Shown one piece after another: positions 21,704 through 32,375 of a stretch of DNA of 64,000 bases. The position numbers and the translations under genes were made by a program. The notes under the pieces were generated by a model. It saw only the letters and a program-made list of their open reading frames with translations, ran no database searches and was not told where the DNA came from. Positions within the stretch are counted from its first letter, which is position 1, and each line of letters starts with the position of its first letter. Source of the DNA: an uncultured delta proteobacterium (GTDB lineage: Bacteria > Desulfobacterota > Zymogenia > Zymogenales > Zymogenaceae); contig CAVTLK010000004.1 of the NCBI GenBank assembly GCA_963735595.1, positions 192,001 through 256,000 on the forward strand, read 5' to 3'.

Positions 21704-21788
21704 ATAGGGGCGTATTACGGAACGACCGCTAATATAACTCTTCCACTTCAGTTGTCCGCCGCGATGCGGGCGGGAAAGGAGAAACACC

Positions 21789-22582
21789 ATGTCGTCGTCA
21801 ATCGTTCTCTGTCGAAAAGAGAGGGAGATAACTGCGTCATCACCATCAACCGGGATGAAAAGAGAAACGCCATCAACCAGGAGGTCTACAACGGCATAAG
21901 AGGACGCCGTGCTCGGGATATTCGATCGATCCCGCGGTGCGGGCGATCATCGTTCGGGGCGCCGGAAAGGGATTCTCGGCCGGCATCGATTTCAATTTCC
22001 TGGCGGGGATGGGCATCGTCGGGGGGACGCAGCCTTTTGTCCGCATGAAAATACGGGAAGGCCAGGAAATCATGAACGTCATCGAGGACGTGGAAAAACC
22101 GGTCATCTTCGCGCTGCACGGCTACTGCTTCGGGGCGGCGCTTGAATTGGTGCTCTGCCGGCGATTTCCGGGTGGCCCAGGCGGGGACGAAGATCGGCAT
22201 CCAGGAGACGGCCCTCGGCTTCATCCCGGACATGGGGGGGATCGCCCGGCTCACCGCCCTGGTGGGGCCGTCGTTTGCCAAGGAGCTGATCATGACGGCC
22301 GGGACGATCGACGCCGAGCGGGCTCTGGAGATCGGGCTGGTCAACCGGGTCGTTGACGATGCGACCGAAGGGGCGCTGGAGCTCGCCCACGAGATCGGCA
22401 AAAACGGGCCGCTGGCCGTGGGGATGGTCAAAAAGCTCGTCCGGTGCGGCCGCCACCTGGATACGCGGACGTTTCTGGAGCTCGAGTCGATCGGCCAGAC
22501 GCTTGTCTGCAATACCGACGATGCCAAGGAAGGGATAATGGCCAAGCTCCAGAAGCGGGCGGCGAAGTTCGAGGGGAAGTAG
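21789..22582 (+). CDS. Enoyl-CoA hydratase/isomerase family protein (indels)
   Basis: Motifs INRDEKRNAI, FSAGIDF, KPVIFALHGYCFGAALEL and ETALGFIPDMGG. Confidence 0.92.
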
Positions 22583-22849
22583 GGGAATACACCAGGTATT
22601 GACGGACCGTAAGATCGAATGCAGTATTCGGAACAGGCGGGAATTACTAATGATCCATCATTCCGTGCTGCAGTATGGAACCTGACACGGATGATCGCGT
22701 ACCGTATTGGACAGGGAAATGAAAGTGGTACAGTATATATTAACCATAATGTTAGTATGAATATCGGTAATAGACCCGTTATGAATATCTCAAGGGGCGA
22801 AATGGTTTCGGAACGGTAGGCAGTCCATCGATCACCAACAGGAGGCATC

Positions 22850-23487
22850 ATGGCCGACGTAAAGGGCATCTCAGAGCTGGCATTTCGTTCATGTATCGAT
22901 ACGATGGCCGATATCATCGGTGAAAACGGCAAGAACTCAATACTCCGTTATGCGGGCCTGCAAGGACTATATCACTAACCCGCCCGGTTATAATCTGGAG
23001 GCGATAGTGACCCCGAATTCGATTATCACGCGTTTTTTCAAGGCAGTGCGCGATATTATGGGGGATAACGGGATACGATACGATTATGTTTCGCGCCGGA
23101 ATCGATACGATCAGGGTCGTCGTCGACAACGTTCCCGAATTCCAGACCCTCATCGCGATGGATATTGATCCGAAAGAAAAGATTAAATTTGCCTATTTTG
23201 GTTACGTCACCGGAAGCAAAGACGATCCGGAAAAGACGCTCGAGTTCCACCTCGATCAAAACGAGATGGTCATGCATTTTCCGGAATGCAATGAATGTTG
23301 GGAGATTGTTGAAGGCGGCCGGGGCCTGTCGGAGTTCACCAAATCGTCATGCAGTTACGTCCGCGGGCTGGTACAGCAGGTGGCGGGTCTGATGCGGGAG
23401 GTTAAGTCGGTGTCCACTAAAGAGGAGACGTGCAGGATGAGAGGAGCCGACGAGTGTCGCTTCCATATCACATTCGAATTGAAGTAG
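22850..23487 (+). CDS. V4R-domain-like protein (indel near 23075)
   Basis: GGAGG RBS; IIGENGKNSILRYAGL, CNEC, CSYVRG and EETCRMRGADECRF. Confidence 0.75.
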
Positions 23488-23512
23488 GGACGGGCGGGGT
23501 TTATTAGAGAAT

Positions 23513-23540
23513 AACGGGGCGGCATAGATGCCGCCCCGTT
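23513..23540. repeat. Palindromic hairpin (REP-like or terminator)
   Basis: AACGGGGCGGCAT-AG-ATGCCGCCCCGTT. Confidence 0.65.
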
Positions 23541-23721
23541 CTATCGTAATCGTTCCCTTTCCCTACTTGAACGTCGCCTAGAACATGCAGGTCGAGTCCG
23601 CATTCGGCCTCAGCTCGAAGTGCTCCACCGCCGTGTTCGGGGCGATCTTGCCGAAATATATCTCGTGCACCTTCGTGCAGCAGTGGATGCACGAGACCTT
23701 CGCGGGCCTTTCGTAGTATTC

Positions 23722-25254
23722 CTATCGCTCTTTTTGAACCATCTTGGCCACCTTGCGCGCCGATACCAGCTGACTGAGCATGCCCGCGCCCGACTCGCTC
23801 TGGCACCCGATAAACCAGAGGCCCCGGTAGGGCGTTTGGTGGGGCGCGCCGGGATGCCCCATTACCGGGCAGATCCCCCCGAAGGAGTGATGTGCGGGGG
23901 TGTGGACGATCTTCTTGAAATCGTCGGGGGTGATAGACCAGATGAGGTCGGCGTTTTTCCTCAGGCCCGGTATCCGCCGCTCCGCGTAGTCCAACAGCTT
24001 TTTGGTCATCTCCTCGCGGCGGTCTTCCCATCCGCCCGAAAGCCGGTTGGGGGCAACCGTGTAGACGGTCACCGAGTGTTTGCCCTTCGGGGCCATACCG
24101 GGGGATACCATCGAATTGATAAATATCAGATAGCCGTCGCCCCCCTCGTGGTAGCGCCCCTCGCGCAGCTCCTCAACGGAGTGCTCGATGTCGTAGGTGC
24201 TGTAGTAGTAAACAAGGGGGCGGTCCTGGTGGGCCGTCACGTCCTGAGCGGTGCCGACCTGGACCATGAATACCGACTCCATGAAGCGTATCGCCTCGAT
24301 CTTGGCGGTAAAATCGTCCGGGAGGCGGTCTTTGCCGAGCATGCCGAAGAAGCACTCCCGCGCCCCTCCGGAGACGAGCACGAGGTCGGCCTTTTTGACG
24401 CTGCCGTCGGTTAGCTCGACGCCGACGGCGCGCTCATTCTCGGTCAGGATACGGCGCACCGGGGTTTTGGTGACGATCGTGCCGCCGAGCTGCGTAAGCG
24501 TGTCTGCAATCGGGCCGGACAGGTTCTTCGTCCCCCCGGTGACGATCCCGTAGGAGAGCCGCGGGGCAAGCCCCAGGACCCTGGTGGACGGGATGCGGCC
24601 CTCCATGAAGCAGTCCATGTTGAAAAAGCCGAGCCCCAGGCCGATGAATTCCGAAGGCTTGACCGCAAGGTCGGCCAGAATCCCGGCGTAAAAGGCCTTG
24701 AGCTTCTCGTCTTTGAAGTAATGATTCATCAGGCGCTCGGCCGACCAGGTCTCGTATTTCTTGATGGGGAGGTACTTGGCGAGCATTGCCGCCTTCAGGA
24801 GGGCCGACGGCAAACCGTCGGTTACGGCCGACCTCCGCTCAAGCGCCACGAGATCGGTGATCGTGTCAATGAGCTTCTGGAAGCGGTCGATGGCCGCGGC
24901 CTCTTCGGGGAATATCTGCTTGAGACGGTCCGTGCGCCAGGCGGGCCCCCCGTAGGTTCGAGGCCGGAAGACTTCAAAGTCGGGAAACGAGACGCTCCGG
25001 TCCATCGGCACGAGCGGTATCCGGTCGGCGCAGCCCAGCTCCGAGACGACGATGCCGCCCGGCTCGCCGGGGAACATCCCCTCGATCCCGAGGGGGCCGA
25101 TATCCCACTGGAAACCGTCCCGGGCGATGGTCCGGGTGACACCGCCGACGGTATCCGACTGCTCATAGACGGTTACGGAGTACCCGGCCCGCGCGAGATA
25201 GGCGGCGGTGGCGAGCCCCGCCAGTCCTGACCCAACGACAATTACCTTGCTCAT
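23722..25254 (-). CDS. Phytoene desaturase-family FAD-dependent oxidoreductase
   Basis: VVGSGLAGL..AAYLA Rossmann motif; GG...RDGFQWDIGP, MAPKGKHS and TPYRGLWFIG. Confidence 0.88.
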   Translation of the reverse strand: MSKVIVVGSGLAGLATAAYLARAGYSVTVYEQSDTVGGVTRTIARDGFQWDIGPLGIEGMFPGEPGGIVVSELGCADRIPLVPMDRSVSFPDFEVFRPRTYGGPAWRTDRLKQIFPEEAAAIDRFQKLIDTITDLVALERRSAVTDGLPSALLKAAMLAKYLPIKKYETWSAERLMNHYFKDEKLKAFYAGILADLAVKPSEFIGLGLGFFNMDCFMEGRIPSTRVLGLAPRLSYGIVTGGTKNLSGPIADTLTQLGGTIVTKTPVRRILTENERAVGVELTDGSVKKADLVLVSGGARECFFGMLGKDRLPDDFTAKIEAIRFMESVFMVQVGTAQDVTAHQDRPLVYYYSTYDIEHSVEELREGRYHEGGDGYLIFINSMVSPGMAPKGKHSVTVYTVAPNRLSGGWEDRREEMTKKLLDYAERRIPGLRKNADLIWSITPDDFKKIVHTPAHHSFGGICPVMGHPGAPHQTPYRGLWFIGCQSESGAGMLSQLVSARKVAKMVQKER

Positions 25255-25369
25255 GGCACCTCCTCGCGAATGGCACTATGTAGTAAGGATTGGGCCGGGC
25301 TACGGCGGGCCAATAGAGCATGCTTCAACCGCCCAGCCACGCCCGGCTCCGGGGTAAACGCCTCGCCCG

Positions 25370-26024
25370 CTAATCCAGCTCGTCGATCTTTGCCTTTAGG
25401 TCGCGGTACGCCTCGCAGCCGAACTGGTTACCCATCTCGCATGCCTTTTCATAATCGTCCAGCGCGTCGTCGTATTCACCCAGCCCGTAGTATGCCCAGC
25501 CCCGGTTGACGTAGGAGAACGAGAGGAAATCGTTGGGCTCCATGTCGATGGCCTTGTCCAGAGTCGTCGAGCGCGTCCTGGTAGCGCGCCCAGGCCGCAG
25601 AGGGCCCATCCCCGGTTGTTGAACGCGTAGGGTATCGTCGGGTCGAGCCTGATCGCCGTGTCGCAGTCGGGCAGCGCCTCGGCGAATCTGCCGAGACCGC
25701 AATAGGGCCCACGCCCGGTTGTTATAGGCTTCGGCCAGGTAGTAGGAGGGTTTCAGGTCGATGGCCTTGGTGGCGTCCGGGATCGCCTTGGCGAATTCGC
25801 CCGTGAGGTTGTAGACCCAGGCCCTGCTGATATAGGCGTAGGGATAGCGCGGGATCGGCTTTGATGGCCTTATTGTAGCACTCCAGCGCCTTATCGAGGT
25901 TGCCGACCGCCAGGTATTCGAGCCCCTTGGCGTTCCACTGGTCGGCGGTCTCCGCGAAAACCAGGCAGGGCACAAGCGCCGATAGAAACAACAAAAGCAG
26001 GGTTACACGTGCGATCTGTTTCAT
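25370..26024 (-). CDS. Exported TPR-repeat protein (indels)
   Basis: Signal peptide followed by repeated YNKAIKADP, AYNNRAWA and YVNRGWAY TPR units. Confidence 0.85.
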
Positions 26025-26088
26025 GGCTCCCTCTCCTCATTCGATAGAAACGTTTTACCGCCGTCCGGGACGAAACGCCAGGCGGCCC

Positions 26089-27777
26089 TTACTTCTTCGG
26101 CTTCTTGGCGTCCAGCCCGAGCGTCCCGCCCGGGTTGAGGATATAGCCCGGGTCGAGGTATTCCTTGATCGCCTTGAGCATCCCGAAGGCGACGGGGCCG
26201 ACGTGGGTCTCGTACCAGGGGGCAAAGAGCTTGCCGATACCGTGGTGGTGTGAGAGGCTGCCTCCGGCCTTCACGATTGCGTCGATGATCGCATGCTGGA
26301 ACTGGGTGTAATCCTCGATCTCCTTGCCGCGTTTGGCGGGAGACAGGAATATGAAATAGAGGTTGGCCCCGGTGGGGTAGGCGTGAGAGGCATGGACCAT
26401 CAGCACCGTCCTCGGGCGCTTCTTGATGACCTTCCTGACCTCCTGCCAGACGTGCCTGATGTTGTCCCACGAGCAGGCGGTCTCGAGCGTATCGGAGATA
26501 ATGCCGATGTCCATCAGGTCTTCCCGCATGTAGGGGTCGTTGTAGCGCCGTTTCCAGTAACCCTTGACGGCGATCGCCCCGAGGGGGAATCCGCCGTGCT
26601 TCCGGGCGATCTTCCTGGACTTCCTGACGATGAGCTTGCCGTGGTCCTTGTCGCCCTCGGTGGAGCCCAGCAGCAGCACCCGTTTGCCCGGCTTATAGCC
26701 GAATAACGAGAGGAGTTTATCGGCGGCCGAGCCCTCGAGCCCCTGCAGCTTCATGGCGATGTCGGTCTCCTCGGCGTCCGACAGCCGCAGCATGGACGGG
26801 AAGCCGAATTCTCCCTGCATGATCTCCCGCATGGCGGCAAGGCCCTCGTCCCAGTCCTTAAAGAACCAGGAGAACATCTTGCGGTTCTCCGGGCCGGTAG
26901 GGCCATATCTTCATGGTGCATTCGGTCATGACCCCGTACGCGCCCTCGCTGCCCATGAGGATCTGGTCGATATCGGGGCCGATGGCGTCGGCGGGGAACT
27001 TCTTTGTCACGATGACGCCCCTCGGCGTCACGACCCGCATGCAGATGACCATGTGCTCGATCTTTCCGTAGCCGGTGGACTGGCCCCCTGCCCCACGGGT
27101 CATGACCCAGCCGCCCACGCACGAGTATTCAAAGGACTGGGGGAAGTGCCCGCAGGTAAAGCCGGACGGTATACGGCCGCTGCGGTAGCCATTGAGGATC
27201 TTTTCAAAGGCGGGGCCGAAGATGCCGGGCTGAACCGTTACGGTAAAACTCGTCTCGTCGATCTTAACGACCTTGTTCATGTGCCGCGTCAGGTCAAGCG
27301 AGATCCCGCCCTTGACCGGCTCCACGCCGAAGGTGACCGACGACCTGCCGGCAAAGGGGGTGATGGGGATGTGCCGTCTTAGCGCAGAAGTCGACGAGCT
27401 TGACCACGTCAGCCTCGTTTTTCGGGTAGACGATTATATCCGGCGGATGAGTGATTTCACCCATCCTGAGGTGTATCGCGTCCAGATAGGTGTATCCGAC
27501 GGCGTGGCGCGCCCGCTCGTAGTCCGACACGTCGATATTCTCCTTGCCGACGATGGCCGTGATCTTTTTTACGTCGGCGTCCGAAAGCCTCGGCTTTTTG
27601 GTCAGCTTTACCTCGTCGGTGCCGGTCAGCCGGAGGTTTTCGAGGTCTTTGTCGGTGATACCGAAGGCCTCCTTGATGAAACGACACGAGCCTCTCGTCG
27701 GGATGGTGGAAGCCGCGGGGGTTGCCCCATTTAAATATCGACCGATACGAGGTGGGGGAAAATTTTTCGATCCACAT
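26089..27777 (-). CDS. FAD-linked oxidoreductase, alkyl-DHAP synthase (AGPS)-like family (indels)
   Basis: Motifs SIFKWG, GHFPQSFEYS.VGGWV, MGSEGAYGV, HASHAY and GGSLSHHHGIGK. Confidence 0.88.
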
Positions 27778-27859
27778 AAAAAACTCCGTCCAGCTATTCC
27801 TTCTTGTAATACGAGCGGCGCCCCGCCGCTTTCGGACGCGATATCGGAAGCCGCAATAA

Positions 27860-28669
27860 CTAAGGGATATCTCGCCGTTTTTCCAGGATAGTGTCGACTC
27901 CTTCCGCAAACCCAATTCCGCCTTCGCCCTCAGTGACATAGGCGGGGCGGCTCTTCATCCGGTCCACAAAGCCGGCGACATTTGCCACGCCGACGCTGAG
28001 CGGAAAGAACCCGAACATCGGCTCGTCGTTCGGCGAATCGCCGAAAAAGACGAACCGATCCCGATGCTCATCGAGGTCTATCCCGAGGACCTCCTGCGAG
28101 AAGATCCTCGCCATGGTGAGCTTGTCGTAGTCCCCCAGCCACGCGTTGACGTGAATCGAGCTGACCTTATAGGTGAGCCCGTGAGAGGCAAAGATGTCGC
28201 AGATCCGGTCCACGTCGGCCCGGGAAAGGGGCGAGACGTCCTCCGTGAAGTCGACGGCCACGTCGAACAGGCGATACGGCTGGTCGGAGGCGAGCGCCGT
28301 TCCGGGGACCGCAGAAAGGACATCGTCTGCCGCGGCCATGAGGCGGTCACGGGTCTCCCGGGCCCGGTCGGGGGGGAAATAGAACCGCTTCTTCAGCCGC
28401 TTCTCGGCGGCGTCGTAGTAAAAGTAAAGGGCGCCGTTTTCTCCCGACCACGCCGGTCACCGGCCACATCCGGGCGATGTGATCGCACCAGCCGGCGGGG
28501 CGCCCCGTGATGGGGACGCAGTAAAGGCGCTGCGGCCGAAAGCCGCCAGAGGGACGAAAAAGAGGCGGCCGGGATTTTGCCGGCGAGGGTAAACGTGTCG
28601 TCGATGTCAAAGAATACTCCCAGGAGGCCGTCGGCCGCAGCCTGTGGGAACTCGCGCAATCTGTTTCAT
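27860..28669 (-). CDS. HAD-IIB family hydrolase (indels)
   Basis: Motifs FDIDDT, ITGRPAGWC, SSIHVN, YDK and GDSPND. Confidence 0.85.
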
Positions 28670-28743
28670 GGTCATCCGTGACCGGGAGGCGCGCCGTCGG
28701 CCCGTGGTACGGCGGGGGTCGGCCTCCCGGCGGCACCCCCGAT

Positions 28744-28776
28744 TCGATCGATGAGATCGATTAGATCGATTAGATT
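28744..28776. repeat. Short 9-bp tandem repeat (GATCGATTA-like, about 3.5 copies)
   Basis: TCGATCGATGAGATCGATTAGATCGATTAGATT at the stop of the adjacent membrane gene. Confidence 0.6.
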
Positions 28777-29154
28777 AAGAGGACCACGACGCCGGTGAGC
28801 GCCAGGACTATCGCGACGACCAGCACCAATACCTGGGCAAGCCCGCAGAAGATCCAGGTCAAAAACGACTTTCCCCACGTGGTCTTATAGATCCACTTGA
28901 GAAGTCCGAGCGTGATGACGACGCCCAGGATCCACCCGGCGATGGTCCCGAAACCAAAGAGGGTCGAGGCGATACCGGTCAGGGCCCAGACGGTAAAGCT
29001 CGTGACAATGGCCGCCCAAAAGGCCTTGCCAAACGTGGCTCCCGGATACGCGCGCGATCTTAGTGCCGATCCATATAAAGACTGCCGAGATGACGGTGGC
29101 CGCAACAAACAGGCCGACGAAAAAAAGGACGAGGGCAAATCCAATCAGTTCCAT
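28770..29154 (-). CDS. Small hypothetical membrane protein (indel)
   Basis: AGGAGG RBS; MELIGFALVLFF... joins ...ATFGKAFWAAIV... to give about four TM segments. Confidence 0.75.
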
Positions 29155-29332
29155 AGCACCTCCTTGTTACCGTGCACCCGGCGACACGCCCAACGCGTCT
29201 TCGGGCGGGTTGGTATCGAAATATCGTATCCGCATAAAACGCGAGGGTCAATGCGGCATCCGTTACGTCAAGGTCTCCCTGTGCGGCAGATCCGTGTATG
29301 GTGTCGTCAAGGCCGTCGTCGGGACCGGGCGG

Positions 29333-30235
29333 TCACCGGTCGGCTCCGAGTAAGGCCCACGCCGTTTTCCCGATGTTTGCCACATCCTTCCTGGACTCCG
29401 GGAAGAGCCGCACGGTCACGATCCGCGAGGCTCGTCCCCGGGCGCCGGCGTCCGTAATCGCGGCGACGTACCCGGTTATCTCGCCCGTGGGGACGGCCAG
29501 CGGGACGACCGTGGCCTCCTCTCCGAGCCAAATCGGTCCCTCACCGTCAAGCTCCCCGGTGAAATAGACATCGCCTTCGCGGGCGATCATCAGCGCCTCT
29601 TCTCCCTTGAGGAGGTACCCCCCGTCCCAGGTCATGAGGCGCGTCAGGAAGCCGTCGGCGGGGGCCGTAATGAAGACGGAGCCGTACTCCGTCTCGGTCC
29701 TCGCGAGATCGGCCCGGGCCTCGGCAAGCTCCGCCTCGGCGCGCGCATAGTAGGCCACCGCCTTCCTGTTCTGCTTCTCGGCAAACTCCCACTCGTCCTT
29801 GAGCCGGTCCACCTCCCTGGTGGCCACGGCCCCTTTCTTGAGCAGGTACGAAAAGGTCAGGTATCTGCCGCGGGAATAGGAAACCTCCCCCGTTGTCCGG
29901 TCAAGCTCGTCTTTGGCGGCCTTTTCCTGTTTGCCGGCCTCGGCGAGGCGTTCCTTTGCCCTGGTAAGTTCTCCGGCGGAATCGTCCGCGTCCAGCCGCA
30001 CCAACAACTCACCCGCCGATATCCGGTCACCCGGGACCTTGGTGATTCGCGATACTTCGCCGGACGTCCCGGCCGAAAGCGTGACGTCTCGGCATGTATC
30101 GTGCCCTTCATAAGGACGACCGAATCGGCAAACGGGAACCCGGCATGACGAGACGGCCGCACTCAGGGCAACGATAATGATCGCCGCGGCCCGCGCTATC
30201 CGTACGTTCATTATGTGGCTGATATTGTAATCCAT
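29333..30235 (-). CDS. HlyD-family membrane fusion/adaptor protein
   Basis: Lipoyl half-motifs (GDRISAGELLVRLD, ITAPADG) flanking a coiled coil; start uncertain. Confidence 0.75.
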   Translation of the reverse strand: MDYNISHIMNVRIARAAAIIIVALSAAVSSCRVPVCRFGRPYEGHDTCRDVTLSAGTSGEVSRITKVPGDRISAGELLVRLDADDSAGELTRAKERLAEAGKQEKAAKDELDRTTGEVSYSRGRYLTFSYLLKKGAVATREVDRLKDEWEFAEKQNRKAVAYYARAEAELAEARADLARTETEYGSVFITAPADGFLTRLMTWDGGYLLKGEEALMIAREGDVYFTGELDGEGPIWLGEEATVVPLAVPTGEITGYVAAITDAGARGRASRIVTVRLFPESRKDVANIGKTAWALLGADR

Positions 30236-30300
30236 CGACGTAAAAAAGTGAAGCCTTTTTCGACCAACGGCCGAAGAGGGCGCAGTCTGCGCGGCCCAGA

Positions 30301-30331
30301 AAAATAGGGGCGCGGTCTGATCCGCGCCCCT
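30301..30331 (-). terminator. Terminator after acyl-CoA ligase
   Basis: AGGGGCGCGG...CCGCGCCCCT hairpin with a T-tail on the minus strand. Confidence 0.65.
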
Positions 30332-30364
30332 CTATGCTTCTTTACAGAAGATGAAGAGATATAT

Positions 30365-32099
30365 CTATTTCTTCATCTTGTCGAGCTCCTGCTGGCGGAG
30401 CTCTTTCCTCAGAATCTTGCCAACGGCGCTTTTGGGCAGGCTCGGGACGAACTCGACGAGCTTGGGCACTTTGTAGGCGGCCAGTTTTTCCTTGCAGAAC
30501 TTAATGATCTCCTCTTCCGAGGACGTCTGGCCTTCCTTGAGGACGACGAAGACCTTGACCGTCTCTCCCCGGTAGGGGTCGGGCACGCCGATGGCGCAGG
30601 CCTCGGCCACCTTCGGGTGTTCGTAGAGGACCTCGTCGATATCGCGCGGGTAGATGTTATAGCCGCCGGCGATGATCATGTCCTTTTTGCGGTCGACGAT
30701 ATAGAAATAGCCTTCAGCGTCCATCGTGCCGATGTCGCCGGTAAAGAGCCAGCCGTCTTTCAGGGCGGATCTTGGTCTCCTCGGGCTTCTTGTAGTAGCC
30801 CTGGGTCACCTGCGGTCCCCTGATGATAACCTCGCCCGGCTCCCCGACTTTCATCTCTTTCTTACCGGTATCCAAATCGACGATCTTGAGTTCGGTATCG
30901 GGCACCGGCAGGCCGATCGAGCCGACCTTCGTCTTCCCGCCGAAGGGATTGATGGTTGCGACCGGGGTCGTCTCGGACAGGCCGTACCCTTCGCAGATCT
31001 GGGAGCCGGTAGCTGCCTCGAACTCCTTGATCGTCTCCAACGCCAGCGGCGCCGCGCCCGAGAAACAGCCCTTGACCGACTTGAGATTGAACTTCTTGAG
31101 GTCGGGGTGCCTGAGTATTCCCACAAAAAGCGTGGGGACGAGCGGCAGGAAGGACGGCTTGTAGGCGTCGATCGCCTCCAGGAGCACCTGCGGCTCCGGG
31201 CGGGGGATCAGGATGATGTTATATCCGTTATACAGCGACAGGTTCATAACGGTGGTCATGCCGAAGGAGTGGAAGAAGGGGAGCGCTCCCATCGAGGTTT
31301 CCTTGCCCTTGAGGAATGACGGGAACCATACGGTGATCTGCTGGACGTTCTTGGAGAGGTTGCCGTGGGTGAGCATAACGCCCTTGGACACGCCCGTGGT
31401 GCCACCGGTGTACTGCAGCGTCCCGAGGTCATCGAAGGAGAGTTTCACGCTGGGCGGATTGGGCTTGTTCTTCTTGATGAGGCCGACGAAATCAAGGACA
31501 TCGGCGGTCTCCTCGATCTGCTTGAACATCCCCTTCTTTACGTGCGGGAAGAGCTGCTTCTTCGGGAAGGGGAGATAGTCATTGATGTGGCAGAAGATGA
31601 TCTTCTTGATTTTCGTCTTGGGTTTGAGGGCGATCATCCGGGGAGCCAGGAGGTCAAGCGAGACCAGGTATTCCGACTCGGAATCGTTAAGCTGATGCTC
31701 GAGCTCGCGATCGGTGTAAAGGGGATTATTGAGGACCAGCGTTGCCCCCGCGGCCATGGCGCCGTAGTAGGCGATGACCATCTGCGGAATATTGGGAAGG
31801 AGCGTGGACACCTTCGTTCCCTTTTTAACGCCCATCGCGGCCATCGCGGTGGCGAAGCGATCGACCAGATCATTCAACTCTTTGTAGCTAATCACCTTTC
31901 CCATGAAGGTGAGGGCGGGCCTGTTCGGGAACTCTTTTACCGTGCGACGAAACGCCTCGATAAGCGTGAGCTTCTCATACGTCATCGTCTTGGGGACTCC
32001 CGAAACGTACGAATTGAGCCAGGGCATTTTCTTGGTATCCGTTTTTACGGATTGCCCGGCGGCCTGCTTTTTCTTTTCGGCCTTTGGGTCTTTTGCCAT
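30365..32099 (-). CDS. fadD: Long-chain-fatty-acid--CoA ligase, copy 1 (indel near 30770)
   Basis: Motifs [27 protein letters not shown] and LPKSAVGK. Confidence 0.93.
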
Positions 32100-32330
32100 T
32101 GAGAACCTCCTATTATGTAACGAAACCGGAAAAATCCGTGCGTATTGTAATCTAAATTACACAAAAAGCAAAGCCTTTTTCATATAAACCACCGGGGCAT
32201 AGAGGGAGTGGATAAAAATACGCCGTGAGCGGGAGCGACGCAGGCATCCGGTCTGCGCCGCCGGCGCGTCTCTTCAGTTTCAGTCTGTGGCGGGGCTTGT
32301 TGATCGGTTTTCACGGGGAGGGAATGGACT

Positions 32331-32361
32331 CCCCGCGGGAAGACCGGATCTTCCCGCGGGG
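32331..32361. terminator. GC-rich hairpin between the tandem ligases
   Basis: CCCCGCGGGAAGA-CCGGA-TCTTCCCGCGGGG. Confidence 0.55.
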
Positions 32362-32375
32362 GTGTATGTCGTGCT

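Noticed and set aside
21704..21780. Fluoride or other riboswitch in the enoyl-CoA hydratase leader
   Set aside because: The conserved aptamer nucleotides are absent and the gene context does not fit.
23722..25254. Carotenoid biosynthesis locus
   Set aside because: No crtB, crtE or cyclase lies nearby; only a family-level FAD oxidoreductase call is supported.
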